A DNA stretch of 64,000 nt from Octopus sinensis (taxonomy: Eukaryota): contig NC_043003.1 in assembly GCF_006345805.1 (NCBI RefSeq), positions 45,570,001-45,634,000 on the forward strand, in the 5' to 3' direction. A program made the translations under genes and the position numbers. Positions 59,709 to 64,000 of this stretch are shown piece by piece; the first letter of the stretch is position 1, and each line of letters opens with the position of its first letter. Under the pieces are notes generated by a model. The model was not told the origin of the DNA. It saw only the letters and a list, made by a program, of their open reading frames with translations, and ran no database searches.

Positions 59709-60207
59709 TATATTGTGACCCCCTTCGGTCATGAATGACCATGGGATTGCACCTAGAAAGTTACCCTCCGAGGTACAAGTCTGGGCAAGGTTGTTTATGG
59801 AAGACCAGCAGTCACCCATGCATACCAGCCTCCCTTTCTCCACGCCATCGATGTTATTCAAGAGAGAGGCAAACGCCGATACAGCTTGGCACCAGTGACG
59901 TTGCAGCTCATTTATTAAGGTAAAAGTAGCTGAGCACTCCACAGACGTAGTTCTCGGGGAGATTCAGCGTGACACAGTGTGACAAGGCTGGCTCTTTGAA
60001 AAACAGGTACAACAGAAATAGGAAGAAAGAGTGAGAGTAAGTTGTGGTGAAAGAGTACAGCAGGATTCACCACCACCCCTGCCAGAGCCTCGTGGAGCTT
60101 TAGATGTTTTTGCTCAATAAACCCTCACAATGCCCGGTCTGGGAATCGAAACCACGATCCTACGACCGCGAGTCCGCTGCCCTAACCACTGGGCCATTGC
60201 GCCTCCG
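59709..60207 (-). mobile_element. Chimeric SINE (family C-variant head and body + family D tail) with 14-bp TSD
   Basis: TSD ATCAGGCGGACATC at 59695-59708 and 60208-60221. The segment 59925-60207 matches ~26875-27175, and 59712-59910 is the reverse complement of ~60585-60770. Confidence 0.85.
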
Positions 60208-60451
60208 ATCAGGCGGACATCATTACTAAAATAATCAAATTTTTCATTGGGTGTGTCAATCACAAAGTACTTTGGGCCACTGTGGGCCGATGATTCACGA
60301 AAGCTAATACTGCGGCAACATTTCGTTGTGCGTATACTAGCCATTACATGTAAAATTATCCTTACCGAGATATTTTGAATTGTGCTTCATGAGATGATAT
60401 CTGCAGACTTTATAAGCCTCAAAATACGTACTCTCTGTTGTAGGTTGCGAA

Positions 60452-60770
60452 GGCGCATGGCTCAGTCGTTAGAGCGTAGAGCTTACGATCGTGAGCTTGT
60501 GAGTTCGATTCCCGGACCGGGTTGTGTGTTGTGTTCTTGAGCAAGACACTTTATTTCACGTTGCTCCAGTTAACTCAGCTGTAGAAATGAGTTGCGACAT
60601 CACTGGTGCCAAGTTGTTTCATTTGGATAACATCAGTGGCATGGAGAGGGGGGGGGGCTGGTATGCATGGGTGACTGCTAGCCTTCCACAAACAACCTAG
60701 CCCTGACTTGTGCCTCGGAGGATAAATTTCTAGGTGCAATCCCATGGTCAATCATGACCGAAGGGGGTCG
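60452..60770 (+). mobile_element. tRNA-derived SINE family D
   Basis: TGGCTCAGTCG and GAGTTCGATTCC boxes, a CAAGACACTTTATTTCAC domain shared with family C, and a distinct tail ending CATGACCGAAGGGGGTC. Confidence 0.8.
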
Positions 60771-61699
60771 CCTCCTCCTTCTCCTCCTTCTCCTCCTCCT
60801 CCTCCGCCTCTGTAGTAGGGTATAGCAAAAGTAAATGCGAAATTTTATTACAAATTTTTTAACAAGTGGAACAGCGCTAATAATAATCACTGTACATAAC
60901 AAACTGGCATATTCATTATTTATAACACATAGACAGAAACGTATTAAATTTAATCTCCATGAAAAGTAGTTTATTTCATGTATATGTTCCATGTATATGT
61001 CCCGTGTTATCTATTGCCTAGCTTCATATTGGCCTAAGTTTAGCCTACCAGTAGTTCACTATACGTCTGGAGGGTAGGTTAACCTCTTTGACAAATATAG
61101 GCCTAATCCAGAATTTGGAGGAAAATATTTTGGGGGATGACTTAAATACGAAGTCGACTCGTACGCCGCAATTTGTGATAGTATGTGTGTCAATGATAAA
61201 ATTTGCTATTTGCATTGGGAGTGTTTGATTTGTATCCGGTAAATTTCTTCATCATTGCTGCATATAATTATAGAGCGTTCGTTGCGTAATTATCCTTTTA
61301 GTTATATGCGATGATAGCAATACATACATTTTCATTTATAATGAGTTTATATATTATTATACGAACTTAGATATAAAGGAAATGTTACGAGTAACTCTGC
61401 ACGAATAATCAACATACGGGTTTGGAAATTTTGGTACAAAGCCAGCATCTTTGAAGGAAGGGATAACTTGATTAGATTGGCCCCAGTTTTCTACTGATAC
61501 TTCTTTTATTAACCCTGAAAGGATGAACGACAAAGTCGACCTCGGTGGAATATCAACTCAACGTAAAGACAGACGAAATACTGCTGTGCATTTCACTCAG
61601 CAAGCTAACGTTTCTGCCAGCTCACCGCCTTTAACTATATGCGATTGTGCAAGGAACAGGATCTGTCTACTTAACTCTAGTTCTAGGTGTAAAAATATC

Positions 61700-62104
61700 A
61701 TATAAAGAAGTAAGGTTACCTTAGAGAATAGGGAGTACTTCTATATCGGAGCTACCTCACGTTATATTAAGTAAAGAATCGCCAATCATTTAAATTCGTT
61801 TAAATATAGGAACACGATGAGTGCTATTAGTCTTAGTAAATTAATCTGGAAGCTAAAAGTTAGTAACAAAGTATCCTCGATTGCTTGTGAAATAATCAGT
61901 ATTGCAAAACATTCTGGAATAGACGATAATAGATGTTACCTTTGTGTGGAAGAAATGCACCAAATTATCACTTCTAAATTTACTCTTTTAAACACAAGAC
62001 AGGGACAGGTTCTAAGCTGTCCATACTTGAGAAAATATACGTTGAAAAAATCTAAATATACACAAGTCACCATCTGTAGTTACAATATTGATTATAATAA
62101 TTAA
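61700..62104 (+). mobile_element. Penelope-like (Naiad-type) GIY-YIG fragment, decayed
   Basis: YFYIGATSRYIK*RIANHLNSFKYRNTMSAISLSKLIWKLK...RCYLCVEEMHQII...LLNTR...SCPY. Confidence 0.7.
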
Positions 62105-62564
62105 TGATATTTATACAAATAATATTAATAATAATAAGAACAATAATATTAATGGAGGGTATAAACCCAAAATAAGTAAAATACTTCTGAATGAATAATG
62201 TACTCCATAGAGCAATGTGTAAATATTACTGCTACAATTAAGGGAAATCAAAAGAAACATTTTAAAACCACGCTTCAACTGTAATACCAATTCATTAAAA
62301 AAATAGCGCTATCACCTTCAGCTGGAAACCAACGCAGGACGCTTGTTTGAATCAGCTGAATAGGAAAACGCCGTGAGTGATGGGCCCTTGATGGAACTGG
62401 TGCGACTAGAATGCATAACTGCATACAGAGCAATGTGCAGTCGCTGCAGTCGAAACATATGCAGGTCAGAGTTATATATGCTGCATTAAAATTTTGAATA
62501 AATAAGTTTTGGATGTGCATAAATCTCAACTCTTCCCTTCGTTCTCAATTATATGTAAGTATGC

Positions 62565-62597
<33 letters not shown>

Positions 62598-62706
62598 ATA
62601 TATTATATATATATATAGGTTAATAAATTCCAGGATAGCAAAATAATTTTGAAAATTTCTTTGCTACCAGTGGCCTACCGAGAAGAGAGAAACTAGTCAA
62701 TAGACT

Positions 62707-62778
62707 ATACTTTGATACTTTGATAGGTTTCGGCCATTATTGGCCCAGGCCATGTCTAACTTAATAGCACCACCTGGT
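62707..62778 (-). mobile_element. Extremely 5'-truncated (~70 bp) copy of the same CR1-like LINE 3' end
   Basis: The reverse complement CCAGGTGGTGCTATTAAGTTAGACATGGCCTGGGCCAATAATGGCCGAAACCTAT(CAAAGTAT)2 matches 49462-49524. Confidence 0.8.
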
Positions 62779-62819
62779 ATATTATATATTATTCATATAA
62801 AAATACACTGTACGTTTAA

Positions 62820-63017
62820 ACACATAAGAGATGGCCATAACGGATATGAGAGCTTCGCCAAGTAAATTACTTTATTTGCTGAAGATAGCTTGAAACCATG
62901 TTACAGGAAATAGAGGGTAAACGTTTTTATTTTCCATTCCCTTTCGAAATTACCCCTAATAGTTTAAATACCCCTTCTAACGGGTTAGATATCCTGTTAT
63001 GGCCATCTCTTATGTGT
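62820..63017. mobile_element. ~198-bp element with 28-bp terminal inverted repeats
   Basis: ACACATAAGAGATGGCCATAAC-GGATAT (62820-62847) versus ATATCCTGTTATGGCCATCTCTTATGTGT (62989-63017), one indel. Confidence 0.65.
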
Positions 63018-63026
63018 ATGAATACA

Positions 63027-63097
<71 letters not shown>

Positions 63098-63787
63098 GTG
63101 TGTGTGTATGTATGTATATACACGCTGCGTATATATTGGAGTTCAAATGTGTGGTTGACAACTGGGTTTTGGCAAGTAAGTGTAAGGTGTGATTTTGAAA
63201 TCATGCCATTTTGCCGAGGATCTAACAGCATCTCCAGGTGCATGTTTTATAGTTAATGAGAGTTGGAGTAATAGAAGCGTTTAAGCAATGTGCACAAGAA
63301 TGCCAGTTACCCCCGTCAACTTTTATAAAGAATAGGGATGGTGAAGGATTTTAAAGTAACAAAAGCTTAATGACATACATTCAGTTGAATTCAGTGTGGA
63401 ACATTGTTCGTGATTCCCAGAAGTTTCTGTTAACAGGAAGCTATTAAGTGGGTATGTGCGTCACAGAAGACATTGAATGCACTAGAAGCGGAACAAAGGG
63501 TTATCTGATCAGAATACTAAATGTAGGCCAGATACTGTATCCTTGCTGAATTGGAGGAGCATTTGTTTAAAGCAGTAGATTTTAGAAACCAAAATGCAAT
63601 GGCAGTTTATGTGATTTGAGCAAAGGGAATTATGTCCCTCTCTCTCTCTCTCTCCCTGTTTTCTCCATTTGCAACACACACACACACATACACACGTACA
63701 TGCATATCTATTTGTATTTATATAAACACACACGCATACATATATACATATACATATACACACACATATGTATATAGATAAATATAT

Positions 63788-63849
<62 letters not shown>

Positions 63850-64000
63850 CATATATATACATATATGCATATATATATACATATATATATGCACATATAC
63901 ATGTCTACATACATAGATACATTGGAGGCCCAACCCTCGGACTTCTTTTACAGGGTTTAGAAAACCTGAAGGCCTGCTGCGATAGGTGTATGTATCTGAG

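Overview
AT-rich, microsatellite-dense eukaryotic DNA. The SINE families and the (TA)n/(GATA)n/(TACA)n landscape suggest an octopus (cephalopod) genome; this is an inference. The only host protein-coding sequence is one very large minus-strand exon (ATG at 7837, splice donor at 5471) of a heparan sulfate glucosamine 3-O-sulfotransferase of the HS3ST2/3/4/6 (Hs3st-B) type. It has a ~700-aa low-complexity stem containing a 71-aa tandem duplication, and its catalytic exon 2 lies outside the window. The rest is intronic or intergenic and filled with mobile elements: a near-full-length R4/Dong-like RLE LINE in (TAA)n, a 5'-truncated Neptune-like Penelope element in (TA)n, two Naiad-like GIY-YIG fragments, CR1- and RTE-clade 3' fragments, a decayed mariner, a tiny pogo/Tigger-like MITE and many tRNA-derived SINEs. 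The most notable signal is a set of minimal type I hammerhead ribozyme motifs in Penelope-type termini. Two of them, in otherwise dissimilar sequences, carry a U3-A8 compensatory core pair, and another is folded into a ~126-nt palindrome. A TSD-bounded chimeric SINE is also present. Repeat boundaries were read by eye and are approximate.
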